A stretch of DNA of 63,365 nt, the filler included, from Rhabdomonas costata (lineage: Eukaryota): the NCBI GenBank assembly GCA_019059605.1. It is 42 parts of 42 records of this genome, joined end to end, with 100 filler letters (N's around TTAATTAATTAA, not from the genome) between each part and the next. Parts side by side here need not be neighbours in the genome. Positions count along the whole stretch, not along the records: positions 48,356 to 49,766 come from JAHMHO010016730.1; positions 49,867 to 51,276 come from JAHMHO010016731.1; positions 51,377 to 52,787 come from JAHMHO010016732.1; positions 52,888 to 54,298 come from JAHMHO010016733.1; positions 54,399 to 55,809 come from JAHMHO010016734.1; positions 55,910 to 57,320 come from JAHMHO010016735.1; positions 57,421 to 58,830 come from JAHMHO010016736.1; positions 58,931 to 60,340 come from JAHMHO010016737.1; 34 more parts are not named here. One strand, given 5' to 3'. Below, in pieces: positions 49,763 through 61,533 of this stretch (positions are counted from its first letter, which is position 1; every line of letters begins with the position of its first letter). The translations under genes were made by a program, and so were the position numbers. The notes under the pieces were generated by a model. It saw nothing but the letters and a program-made list of their open reading frames with translations. It was not told the origin of the DNA and searched no databases.

Positions 49763-51119
49763 CCACNNNNNNNNNNNNNNNNNNNNNNNNNNNNNNNNNN
49801 NNNNNNNNNNTTAATTAATTAANNNNNNNNNNNNNNNNNNNNNNNNNNNNNNNNNNNNNNNNNNNNGTTTGTTGGGTGTGCCGCCGAAACCTTAGGCTCA
49901 GTATGAAGGCCGGAAAAGGGTCAAAAAGTGCTCCTCAGGCCTGGAAAATGTGGTGAAGATGGATGAGGCTGGGGGACCCCCCCTCAAACACCAAAAAGAG
50001 AAATACTTGTTAACGTTCAGCACATGTACAAACACAGACACAGCTAGACCTCCTGGCGCTGTTCCAAAACCCAGGCTTTGCGTCAGGGCGAGGCTCGGTG
50101 GTACGTGTCCCCGTAAAGCCCGAGGCGAAGCGCTTCCACATCCAATCCATGTATGACTTTGTCTGCGGAAGTGCAGCAGAACTCCAATCAACCAACACAT
50201 CTTTTATGCATCGAGGAATTTGTCCCCATCCCTGCGTTTCGGGTGATGTTCGGAAAATTCATCGTGCGTGGATTGCTGAGAAAGGAATTCATTTCGTTTA
50301 GCACCATAGTTCCTGAGAAAGCTGGCAAACACATAATCGGCCTCATCACTTCAAAAAGGCACACCTCAGAAAGTGTGCACGAAATCTGATGTTTTCGGCC
50401 TTAGGAGGACTTAAAAACACTGCAGTTCAACCCTTTATGAGTTTTGCTTGTTCTTCGGCTGTTCCATGTTATTCTACTACGTTCCACTTAATGACAACTA
50501 TTCTGAAGTGCAGATGTTGTATGTACACATTAAAGGGAAGCTCTCTCACTGACACAAGTGCGCCCCGAGCTTGAGGGACCTGATAGTGGTTGAGGTACAC
50601 GGAGGTCGACGCGTTGGGGACAAATGGCAGCGCACGGCAGGAGGGCAGCACCTCGATCCTGTGAGGGCTCTCCATCCGAGCAAGGCAGGAGGCTCGAAAG
50701 AGCACCTTTCCGTGCATCCGCCCGTACCAGCGCGGGGTTGAGCCATCATAGATCTTTTTGTATAGCAAAGTGTGGGCGGAGCAATAAGATATGCACTCCT
50801 GGATTCCGCTGGTGCGGGGTGATTCAGGCGCCCCGCTGACCGCACAACAAAATTAACGCGTTGCCATTAAGAAGCGATGTGCTACACCATAGCCTACCTG
50901 GGTTCAAAATGTCCTCGCTATTTCTTAGGCAATAATGATGTTACAGTTCGGTCGGTGCTCTGCAATAAAGGCAAGGAACAGGCAGTAATCTCGCATTTTT
51001 TATCGATCCCATGAAAGGCTATTTTTCGCCTAATCCAGCTGATTTGCGGAAGAACATGGAAGAGGCGACAATTATATATCTCATTCGCAAAGGAGAAGAC
51101 ATTCAGGAAAGTGTGTTGC

Positions 51120-51266
51120 CCAACAATGTGAACAAAAAGCTTCTCGAATTGAATACCGCGGTCTGTGTTTCACATGAAGGTTTCCCTTGCTTCCTCCATG
51201 GGAAACCTTCATGTGAAACACAGACCGCGGTATTCAATTCGAGAAGCTTTTTGTTCACATTGTTGG
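51120..51266. repeat. 67-bp perfect inverted repeat at contig end (probable fold-back chimera)
   Basis: 51120-51186 is the reverse complement of 51200-51266. Confidence 0.85.
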
Positions 51267-51600
51267 ACAACCCACANNNNNNNNNNNNNNNNNNNNNNNN
51301 NNNNNNNNNNNNNNNNNNNNTTAATTAATTAANNNNNNNNNNNNNNNNNNNNNNNNNNNNNNNNNNNNNNNNNNNNTGTTGTTGGTGCCCCCGGAGGCAG
51401 GTGAAAAGTTCATGATGGAGATGTAACGCAGGGCGAAAGAAAGAAATGGTTTGTAAGAAAAAGAAAAAGAAGTGGCAAAAAGGTAGGAAAGAAATGGTTT
51501 GTAAGAAAAAGAAGTCTGTGTTTACACCAACAAGATATATGCGGGAAACGTCAGATAAATGGTTTCGGGCAAATTTCCGGGCACTTTGACTTCCGTGCAG

Positions 51601-52389
51601 ATCTGCTGAATGAGTGCCTCATGGCGACGCGGAAGTTCGGGCGAGTCAGCATCATTGCGGACTACGTGGGGACGTGCAACCACTTCGCGATAGGCACGGT
51701 GATGATGAAACACCTTACGCTGCGAAGTGGGCAGTGTCCAGTGCAGCGGTACCTCGGGAAGGTTGTGGAGCACCTGCAGAATGGGGACATGGACCCCAGG
51801 TTTTCGACTTCATGGCTTTCTGGTGTTGTAACCTGCTAGTTCTTTTGTTATTTTCTTTGCATTTTTGTTTGAGTCTCTTCTTCTTTTTCGTCGTCGACCT
51901 TTTTTTTATGGCTTTTTAGCTTGTGATGATCCAAAACCATTGTTATGCATCGGAAGGGTACTCCACACAACCCGGGCTTTCCTAGTAAGGTCAGCCCAGG
52001 GCATTGCCTCCACCCCACAATGAGTTTTCGCTTGTAAAAGCTCTCTCTCCAACCACTTTACAGTTCAGCATGTGGAGTGAGGGAGTTGGTAACGGCCCAT
52101 TTCCGGCTTTCGGGTGTGGCAGGTTGGAGAGGTGAAGAGCAAACAGGGGCTATTGCATTTTTGAGGAGGGGGGGACGTTAAACGATTAACTGTTTCAAAT
52201 GTTTACGGCCCAACTGCACTTTTTACAGTGTCCAATTGGAAGAATGTTTTCTGGACGTTGTGTTTCTAAATGCTCAGCTTCATTCTGACTGACGGCATCA
52301 AGCTGAAGGAGGTACCTGAGTTCTATGAGCGGCTGTACAACAAGCGGGAGGGCTCCATTAAGGTGGCCATTAATGTCTGCGATCAGTAA
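51601..52389 (+). CDS. Zinc-dependent MDR alcohol/formaldehyde dehydrogenase-like protein, last two exons (51601-51799, 52278-52389)
   Basis: LNECLMATRKFGRVSIIADYVGTCNHFAIGTVMMKHLTLRSGQCPVQRY...GDMDP|SFILTDGIKL...FYERL...GSIKVAI, TAA stop. Confidence 0.88.
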
Positions 52390-52887
52390 GGGTACTATGC
52401 GCTTGCCATAAAGGCGCTGACATGTGGAGGTTAGTGGAGGTTTTTTTTTCTGGGCGAGGGCACATCATGAGGTATATAGTCATCCCTTTCATTGCTCACT
52501 GTGTACAATAGAACTTTTGGTTTCCATGAAAGCGGTGGAATACAGTTGGAGCTACCGCCCTGTATTTATTTCGTTTTTGCTGGTGCAAGGCGCTTCTCAG
52601 CATTGTCTTCAGGCCTTCCTTGAGGCTTGCCAAGTGAGGATATTTGTTTTTTTTGGTTTCTTTAAGTTCTCCTTCGTGTGCTTTCCCAGCCGCGTATTGT
52701 ACGTATTTGGTATTCGTCTGTGTTTCGATTGCAGCACTTTTATCCCGCTAACCCTTTCTGCTGCTGTCGCCATTTTCTCGTAGTTTCNNNNNNNNNNNNN
52801 NNNNNNNNNNNNNNNNNNNNNNNNNNNNNNNTTAATTAATTAANNNNNNNNNNNNNNNNNNNNNNNNNNNNNNNNNNNNNNNNNNNN

Positions 52888-54289
52888 CTGCCGGCAGCAT
52901 CCGGGGACGGGTACCGAAACGATTCGCCTCAACGCTTGGTCAATGTCATTCTGATCCCCGTAGATGGCCCCCCAGATGCTGCAGATGTTCGCGCGGGCCA
53001 AGATTGCCGTCGAGCTGGCCACGGCGTCCTCCCCAGCGGTGAAGTCGTCGCCCGTGCCACGACTCCAGAGGTTTCCCGCGCACCCCTGGATCACTCCAAT
53101 GAAGTCGGAGGGATGGATATAGGCTGCCAAGATTCCGGCCTTAGCAAGATTGGCTGCTAGCGCCTTGCCGTCCTTTTCGTGCAGGCAAACCTTGCACTTG
53201 AACTGGTAGCGATTTGTGAGCAGCAGAGACTCTGCTGCGTGGTAGCCAGGACCCGGGTTGAGATAGAACGTATCGAAGTCGTACTCTGAGGTAGAAACGA
53301 AGAGCAACCTCCCAAACACGCGACAATCGCTGCACGGAAACAGACCTAATCAACAATAGCCCACCGCAAAATGGAGAGCCGTGGTAACGAGCCTTGTATT
53401 ACACTGGTTCAGGCGATTGTACCATTCTTCACCGTTCTAAAAGCACGAGATGACCCCATCGGGATTCACAGTCCGCTAAGCAGGGCCCAAAGAACAACCC
53501 AAACCCAAACCATTAATGGAAGTGCAGCGATGGCAACACTACAACTACGGGTGCAAAAAAAACAAAAGGTTTCCATGTTTCATGATTGTTATGGTTCAAC
53601 GCAACAACAGGATTGTTGTGTTGTTGAACAACAAGATTGCTCCCCAGGCTCCTCAAAAGAAAAGCTTAGTCGCCACAAGCCCATGCCCACCTACCAATAT
53701 CGCACAGGAGCTCGAAGATGGCCTCGTGGTAAAGCTGCATGACCGTGAAGCGCTCAATGTCGCCCAGGCAAATCCCCAGCCCAATACCGATAGCCGTTGG
53801 ATGAGTCACGCGACATGTTTGACAGGCTGTGAAGAGCAGATGGTAGAAAAGCTTCACCCGAGCTTTCAGGTGGCCGTAATGCCCAGGGATGATGCGGCGG
53901 GTCCCAGAGTAGAAATATTTCTTGCGCTCCTCTGCGGCCGAGGAGCCCACCCCGAAGTTGACGCCCGACGCGGCGACAAAGAGCACAGGCTTCTGGTGCT
54001 TGGTGTTCGGCAGAATCTGGTTGGCATTGCCAATGAAGAAGTACCCCAAGGAGGTCACACAGGCCTCCGTCGAGAGCTCCACCAAATTTTGCTTTAGCAC
54101 CTGATCAAGGTGATCTTTACGCTCGAACCCGAACCTCTTCTGCGCCTCGACGTCAGTCTGAAGCCTGCGGATAAACTGGCCCAGCTGGCACGGCTTCGGT
54201 ACGGAGGCCATCTCCTGCAGAGGTATGTCTCGGAGTTCGTGGTAGTGTGAGACCAGGTCGTCCCGGGAGACGATGCCGATGACTTCCAA
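52888..54289 (-). CDS. Uncharacterised globular protein, possibly macrodomain-like (exons 53695-54289, 52888-53285)
   Basis: Two long ORFs are joined by a phase-1 intron (ATTG|GTAGG...CTCAG|AGTAC) giving ~330 aa. Motifs GIGLGICLG, HPSD and GNLW...GEDAVASST. Confidence 0.65.
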
Positions 54290-55963
54290 AAAAAACCCNN
54301 NNNNNNNNNNNNNNNNNNNNNNNNNNNNNNNNNNNNNNNNNNTTAATTAATTAANNNNNNNNNNNNNNNNNNNNNNNNNNNNNNNNNNNNNNNNNNNNGT
54401 GTTGGGGGTAGCTGTGCCACATTTGGGATAATTTTTACTTTGATAGGAGTTATTAGGGGCAAGCTATTGCATTTCATCTTATTGGTTCTCAGTCCTTTGA
54501 TGTTGGCCAGTGTTGGATCCATAATAAATTGAGAAGAATCAAGTTTCTTTGCAACGAATAAAGGAATATTTTTGTACAATACTGATCTTGAATATTATTG
54601 TTACCGAAATGAGAAAACGTGTCGGTAAAATGCCAAATCTATTGAGCAAATGGTTTTCCAGTTGTAGGCTTATTTTTCTAGATTTTTCAAAACGGGTCTA
54701 TGTTGTGTCATAAGATGACAGTAAATCAAAAGGAATCATCACAAGCATGGGCAGTCAAACCAACACAATCCAAAGACATGCAAAGACAAGAATGCACACG
54801 CGCACCTTTGAACCCTCAGAAGCAGCCGAGCTGCGAGCAGTCCTGTTTACAATATAATCCGCCCACTACAAATGTTGGGATGCAGACAATTGTCGAAAAA
54901 GCAGGACAATCGTGAGTTCTTAAACCAAACGAATCCACCACAACAATAACTGGGTGCATTGCAGTTTTGCTGCTATGATGTAGACCACAGAGAAATGAAG
55001 GGGGTTCACCCACCCAGGGGACTCGCGGAGACTGGGACTCTGCGCGGAGTCCGCTCCAGCCACCCCATGCAAGATCCGGGGAGAACCTGAATCAGAAGTG
55101 AGAGATCAAATATTTCCACCTGTAATGCTTGAGAGCAAGAAAAGCAGTGCGAACACGAAATAGTTCCCCAGAAGTGAAGTATGCCGGAGCTAGCACAATT
55201 CTCTCGCACAAAAAAAATGCCAGACCAAAGACCAAAGATCAAAGATCAAAGAATTGCCCGACACGGCAGCAGCAGCAAGCAGGCAATCACATAGAAGCGA
55301 TTCCCGTTTCTGCGCAGGCCCTTCCCCAATCACTTGTTTGTACAACTCTTTACATTCGCATAATTAGGATTCCGATTCTTCCCAAAAGCGTATATACTCT
55401 GAAATCACGCCTTTACCCAGGCTTTCGAAAGCAAGCCTTTCACATGGGTTCAGTTTTCAGTTCATTAATTCAGTATATTGCAATGTATTGCCGTAAGATT
55501 GGAGATGGGACTAAAGGCGGTGCCAGTGCAGTGATTGAGTCACAAGCCATGGGCAAAACGCCGAAGTTCCGTGGGCCGAGCGTGCAGGCGACAACAACGA
55601 TGAAAATGAATTCTGGAATTGCACAGGAAGCGGACAAAAACTACTGCATACCCTGGTAACTTTCCGAGCTACCCACCGAGGCCACAGTCACCCAAGAAAC
55701 GGGTGTCTGCAGAACAGCAAAAAAAAAAAAAGACATGAACAAGGAAAATTCATCGTCTCCCAATCCTAATCATTGACACGGTTGCGTGACAAACAAATGC
55801 AACAAAACANNNNNNNNNNNNNNNNNNNNNNNNNNNNNNNNNNNNNNNNNNNNTTAATTAATTAANNNNNNNNNNNNNNNNNNNNNNNNNNNNNNNNNNN
55901 NNNNNNNNNGTGGTGTGGTTAACCTCCCCGGCTCGCTGACCCCCGTTCCTCGTTGTCAAAAAG

Positions 55964-56862
55964 GGTGGAGAAGGGCCTCATCCTGGTCTTCGTGGACACG
56001 CAGCAGGAGTGCGACGACCTGTACTCGGACTTGGCCGCCGCGGGGTACACCCCAAACCTGGCTATGCTGCACGGCGGGATGGTGTGCCAGTGTGAGCCGG
56101 GAGGCGCGGTTTTCTCTTGAATTGTATCCGCTGCACGATGAATGTTAAACGAGTGCATTAAATTGTATGGTGAGTTCAGTGCCCGTAGTGGTAATTGTAT
56201 ATCACGGGACTCACACACGCACGCACACACCGCGCGCACACACGTGTGTCTACCTTTTTTTGTTTGGCCGAGCATACTTTTGCCTGATTGCTGCAATCCA
56301 CCCTGTGGGGATGTGCTGGTGGAATTCAGGACCAATTCGATCGCGAGTACACCCTATACGAGTTCCGAAAGGGTGAGGGCAAGCGCATCCTGGTGGCAAC
56401 CTCCATCGCGGCTCGGGGACTGGACATTGTCGCCTTGGCCCTGGTCGTGAACTACAAGTGTCCCAACCACTACGAGGTGACTTGGGGGGGGGGGCTATGC
56501 GTCCTAATTCGTCCATTCACCTCCCGCCCACTACCTTGCTCCCATTTGCCCTCGCCGGTGGTTTCCCCCGCTTTTCCTGTCTACTGAGGTTTTCCACCCG
56601 GAAGAAATTTGAATTCAAGCTTTCGTAGCGGAAGAGGGAAGAGTGAAGATCAATGCGGTAGTGTGTCACGCGCGTGTTGCCGTGTTGTTGTGATCACAGG
56701 ACTACGTGCACCGCATCGGGCGCACGGGTCGGGCTGGGAAGAAGGGCACGGCGTACACATTCATGGTGCGCGAGTCGGACGACAAGATGGCCCTGGAGCT
56801 GGTGACCGCCCTGAAGCGCTCTGGGAACGAAGTCCCTGACGAGCTGCAGAAGCGTGCTGACG
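55964..56862 (+). CDS. DDX46: DEAD-box helicase DDX46/Prp5, C-terminal RecA domain (exons 55964-56081, 56330-56476, 56700-56862)
   Basis: LVFVDTQQECD...LHGGM|DQFDRE...LVATSIAARGLD...VNYKCPNHYE|DYVHRIGRTGRAG. The CPNHYEDYVHR motif is typical of Prp5. Confidence 0.93.
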
Positions 56863-57551
56863 GTCCGTCTAACTGTGCTAGGCATTTTGTGGGGGAAAAA
56901 ACGACCAAGAATGTGACCCACGGTGCGTTGAGAACCCATCGCACGCATTGGAAGGAGGGGAGAGTTGGGAGTTGACGTTTGACGTGCTCCGAGCAAGAAT
57001 GTGTAGGATTGGCAACTAGGCGTTTTTTTACGGGCATTGAAACAAAGGTGATGACACACGCAGATACTGTGCAGAGTCTCAGAGACCTGAGCAGCAATGG
57101 AGCAGTGCAGGTAGCCGCTGGAAAAGAGCAGCTGCGCGACAAAGGCCCGGGACCCGTGGGTCAGTGGGGAGGTTATCATATGCGGAAATTATGGCGGTGA
57201 GCCGGTTCCGGTTCCCCACGGCACCGTTCGCTCCAATGGCACCTCTCGCGAGCACCCGTGGGCCATCAGGCGCGTGCGCCCGTCAGTCCATGGTCACCAA
57301 CAACCATTCAACCACACACANNNNNNNNNNNNNNNNNNNNNNNNNNNNNNNNNNNNNNNNNNNNTTAATTAATTAANNNNNNNNNNNNNNNNNNNNNNNN
57401 NNNNNNNNNNNNNNNNNNNNGGGGTTGGGTACAGTTCTTCACGGAAAGCCGCGGAAGTAGTATCATGTGATCATGCGGGTACCCTTTTTGCGGGAACCCA
57501 CCATTGCCAGCAAGGGGAATGAGAAGCAAGCAAGCAAAGAAGGACACGCAC

Positions 57552-58212
57552 AGGGAGAAGACGTCGTAGGCGGTGGTGCGCAGAAGGTCCCCAACGGCAA
57601 AGTTGGCCTCTCGGCTGAAAACGATGGCGGGAACATCGGGGAAGGCCTTTTTCACCTATGGAAAACGAAACGCGAAGTTGGGTTAGAGACATCTGTCATC
57701 CAGAGACCTTCGGGAAATGACGACATTCCTCATTACTCGGTCCCCACCTCACACCCTGCCTCCGAAACCTCACACAGACTGATCCGGCAGGCAGTATCTC
57801 GGGCAAGGCGCCAGCCAACAAAACAAACCTATCAAATTTCGCTCACCCCATCTTCCTAAAATACCGCTACAAAAAAAGACTGCAGAGTTTCATATCGAAT
57901 TCACGGTACTGTAGCAATGGGCAGTGTGGCAGCCGCACATCTGCTGAGGTTCCACAAAGAGTGCCATCAAAAACGTGAAATCAAAGTCGAGACACATTAT
58001 GTGGTAATGACCGTTGCGATTTGGGGCCACCCCCTTTTTCCGGAACCCCAATGACCACTGGAAACCTGTCTCACCCCTCACAGGGCTGTGGAACGTCACC
58101 ATAGCCCACTCAAAAACAAAAAGAGAACCTGCTCCGCGATGCGGCGGAGGTAGGGCAGGTTGAACTCCTCGTACAGCGCCCGGTGAAGCACCCCACCATG
58201 GGAGTCAAACAC
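57552..58212 (-). CDS. UROD: Uroporphyrinogen decarboxylase, partial (exons 58129-58212, 57552-57655)
   Basis: [52 protein letters not shown]...YDVFSL is colinear with HemE/UROD. Confidence 0.85.
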
Positions 58213-58931
58213 CTGAGTCAGCTGCGCACCGGCCTGCACCCGTGCGTGCGTGCGAGAACCAACCAATACACTTGACGTTTACATAAGATTCGGAGCTGAC
58301 GCTGGTGCGCTCAGCAGCAGCAACTGCTGCTGTGGTCACCTCAATGATCCGCGCCAATCCCCCCCCCCCTGCAGCCAAAAGCTGCAGTTGGGGGTTGGCA
58401 CTACTGTCGCCACCTGTTTCCGAATTTTCCTCCTTCAAATTTGCACCGTGAACCGCCGTAATTATCGAAGGTATTTCAAATAAGCGCTCAACAAACAAAA
58501 CCACAAGGTTTGGCAACCCCTTCCCCATAGTCAGTGTTGTATACAATTCCATGAGGCTCCTGTATCCAACTCCATTCTTCAACATGACATGTCCCAAATA
58601 TTATAGGGTATGGTGCAGTCTTCTCTGGATAGGCTCACAACACATTCCGCACGAATCCTCATCGGCTTGTATCTGTTGTTTTTTGTTTCGACTTGGTGCC
58701 ACTGATGTATGACCCAATCCCGGTGGTGCAAGGAACTCAACCCATCCCATCCCATCAAGATAAAAATGCGGCTGTGCCCACTCTACCCCTTCAGCATCAG
58801 AACCTCACCCCGCCAGATAGCCCCCAAAACNNNNNNNNNNNNNNNNNNNNNNNNNNNNNNNNNNNNNNNNNNNNTTAATTAATTAANNNNNNNNNNNNNN
58901 NNNNNNNNNNNNNNNNNNNNNNNNNNNNNNG

Positions 58932-59426
58932 GTGTGTGGGATGCCGCTGTGGCTTTATAGCGTGCCCGATGCTGGCCTTTGTGGTCGCGACCCTGTTTCT
59001 GTAACACGGTTTGACCTGCGGAAGCACCCTGTCGACAAGCCGCAAAAGGTTTTTTATCTCGGCTGGAGCTTTGAGTTTGTTGACCTGGGCGCTCACGGCG
59101 GCTCGACTTTGCCTGAGTTTAAGTCCGTGCCAATGCAGGACTCCGGCCTGGCACTGGCGCACTACCACTCCCGGTGTTACGAGGACGTGGTACGCTCCGA
59201 TCGCACGGTTATGCTTTCGCACCGGTATATCCAACCGAAGGCGGGTGTAAATGCAAGCATCGCTGCCCTTGAAAAAAGTCTGAAAGGGGGTGCGATGCCT
59301 GTAAGTTTTCACAAGGCCAAGCGGCATCTGGAGCACCTGAAGGACCCTGTGGGCTCTCGAGAAAAGTACTACCGTCACCACGGTGGTGAGACACTCTACA
59401 TTCCCGGAATCGCGGAGCTTTCCCAG
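58932..59426 (+). CDS. Putative GT-A fold glycosyltransferase, C-terminal region
   Basis: 165 open codons with KVFY...DLGAH and LALAHYHSRCYED (resembling the HYxxRS motif), then a GT donor at 59427. Confidence 0.5.
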
Positions 59427-60462
59427 GTGAACTTTCGGATATTGTTGGATGTCGTCTTTGGTTTTCCCGATTAGAGGACTGTGCAATTTCTCTCTCTCGT
59501 CCACTCTGCGTTTTTTGTGATTACACCGTCCAGATCATGGTTGATTTCTCTCCCTGCCCTCTGCCCTGCATGTGTTTCGCTCAAAGTCGATGTCAAGCTT
59601 GAACTTTTAGCCAGTTGCCTGAACCCTAAGGAGCGGCTTTCGTTTTATTTTTAACTTTCAAAGTCTCTATCATTTTTCAGCGTCTGCGTGGAACGACTGA
59701 GTTCTCGGAAATGGTTCAACGCTTCCAACCCGTTTGTATGTTAGCCCGTTGCGCGTTCTGTGCGGTGTGTTTTCTTCCTCCACGGAGTCCTGTATCGCAA
59801 CACCAGTTAGGGGTTGGGGACTAAGATCTCCTTACAAACTGTTTACATCGTGAGGTACATTCTTTAAAAGTTCGGGCGCTTCCATATTTCGCGCCCCCTA
59901 CCCTCAGAAATCCACCAGGTATGGACTAGTTAAGCACGTGCAGAAAGCTATCCATACGCCTTCAAGGATCCAGCAAACAACAAAGTTATTTGCGGGAGGT
60001 TCGTACCCCCCCCCCCTCGCGAGTTATTATTTCGAGGATATCTCTGCTGTGCTCTGCGACCCGATATCTTAGATGGGCGATTTTTCCTTTCTGTCTGCCA
60101 CACGTTCCTGGTTGTTATCGTCCACAATATCTGAGAAACCTAATAGCGACTATGCGCACGACATCTTATGCGCCGTAGTTTGTCTGGCTGTTTGCCTGTG
60201 TCTGTGTGTTTTGTAGCTATCCCGTGGTGGAGGCTGGATTTAAAACCACGGGAGTAGAGCTGCTGCGAACTACCCCTCACGGAATCGTCGACGGTATCAT
60301 CCACCCCCATTGACCCGCAAACCTGTGATCCCCACCCACCNNNNNNNNNNNNNNNNNNNNNNNNNNNNNNNNNNNNNNNNNNNNTTAATTAATTAANNNN
60401 NNNNNNNNNNNNNNNNNNNNNNNNNNNNNNNNNNNNNNNNTTTTGGTGTGACGGACACTTAC

Positions 60463-60845
60463 ACCGCTCGTCTGGGAACTAGTTAGCGGAAACCAAACCT
60501 TCACCGCGTTGACGAAGTTGTTCATCTGAAGACCAGCACTTCGAAAGTACATCGACTCCGCGTGGTTCATTACGTGCCCTATCTCGAACTTCGACACCAG
60601 AAGGTTCATTATCGTCTCTGCGGCCTCCTGCATGTCCACCTCTGCCAGCTCCCGCAGGCTCTGCTGGCTCTGCACGTAGGTCAGGTAGAACCCCAGGAAG
60701 CCCGTGATGAACATCAGAGCAATGAAGGAGACCGTCAGGAGGATTTTCAGGGAAAGAAACTGGGTGAGGAACTTTCGGTAGGCTGCAGCAGCATCAGGAC
60801 ACATCACGTTCAGCACACTCGGCGTGGAGTCCAAAAAGTGGTGAG
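60463..60845 (-). CDS. Membrane receptor-like protein exon (TM helix plus long extracellular helix)
   Basis: SLKILLTVSFIALMFITGFLGFYLTY then QSLRELAEVDMQEAAETI. TAG acceptor, GTAAG donor, GC-rich codon usage. Confidence 0.6.
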
Positions 60846-61500
60846 CTACATTCAAGACTAAGAAGAATGTAACGCCGTTATGGTCAACAGGTCAAGGAAA
60901 GTGGAAGGAGAAACCACGAAGAAAAACAAAAGCGTCCCCGTCTGGTAAAATAAAAATCGGTGTTGGCACAACCGGGACGCAGCCCTAAGGAGGCATGCGG
61001 CTTGAGGCATTCTCTCTCGAGTTCGAGGGGCAACAGGAGCAACAGGAGCAAAAACAGAGCCAAAACATCAACGTGCCGAGTGTGTTCCTTAGTTTTCGGA
61101 AAGGGGACTTCCCCCGCGCATGAGCCACGATCGTTCGCAGGAAACCTGGATAAGCATTTTTATGCCACGGTGGTGATACTGGTGGAGCTGAGGCGGATCT
61201 GCCGGAGGTGATGGGAGCCAGGGCGATCGGACCCATGACATAGCAATGCAAGATAGCTAGGGCGCTCGGGCACATGATGCAGAGGTGCAGCCGCTCAAAC
61301 CCATTCCACACGAGCAGCCCGGTGTGCTGCAGGGGACCCCTCCGCGAGTAAATCTCGAGTAATTCGGCAGAACGGGACAGTCCGCAGGATCTCTACCCCC
61401 AAAGAGTGCTCGTCTCAGGCCAGAGCTACGACTTTCAAAGCGACTCCGCAAGCACGATCTGCAGAAGTGGGACGAGATTTGGAGGCCGAAATGACGTTCG

Positions 61501-61533
<33 letters not shown>

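Noticed and set aside
51011-51328. 105-aa ORF running into the linker
   Set aside because: Its second half is read through the fold-back inverted repeat, so it is probably artefactual.
51439-51513. 27-nt direct repeat GAAAGAAATGGTTTGTAAGAAAAAGAA x2 with a spacer
   Set aside because: Only two purine-rich copies in an intron. This is a local duplication, not an array.
18279-58212. Euglenid non-conventional (non-GT-AG) introns
   Set aside because: Every intron that could be fixed by protein homology is explained by GT-AG borders.
58875-59504. Long antisense ORFs (here, and at 53516-54097 and 47433-48002)
   Set aside because: These are shadows of GC-rich coding exons on the opposite strand.
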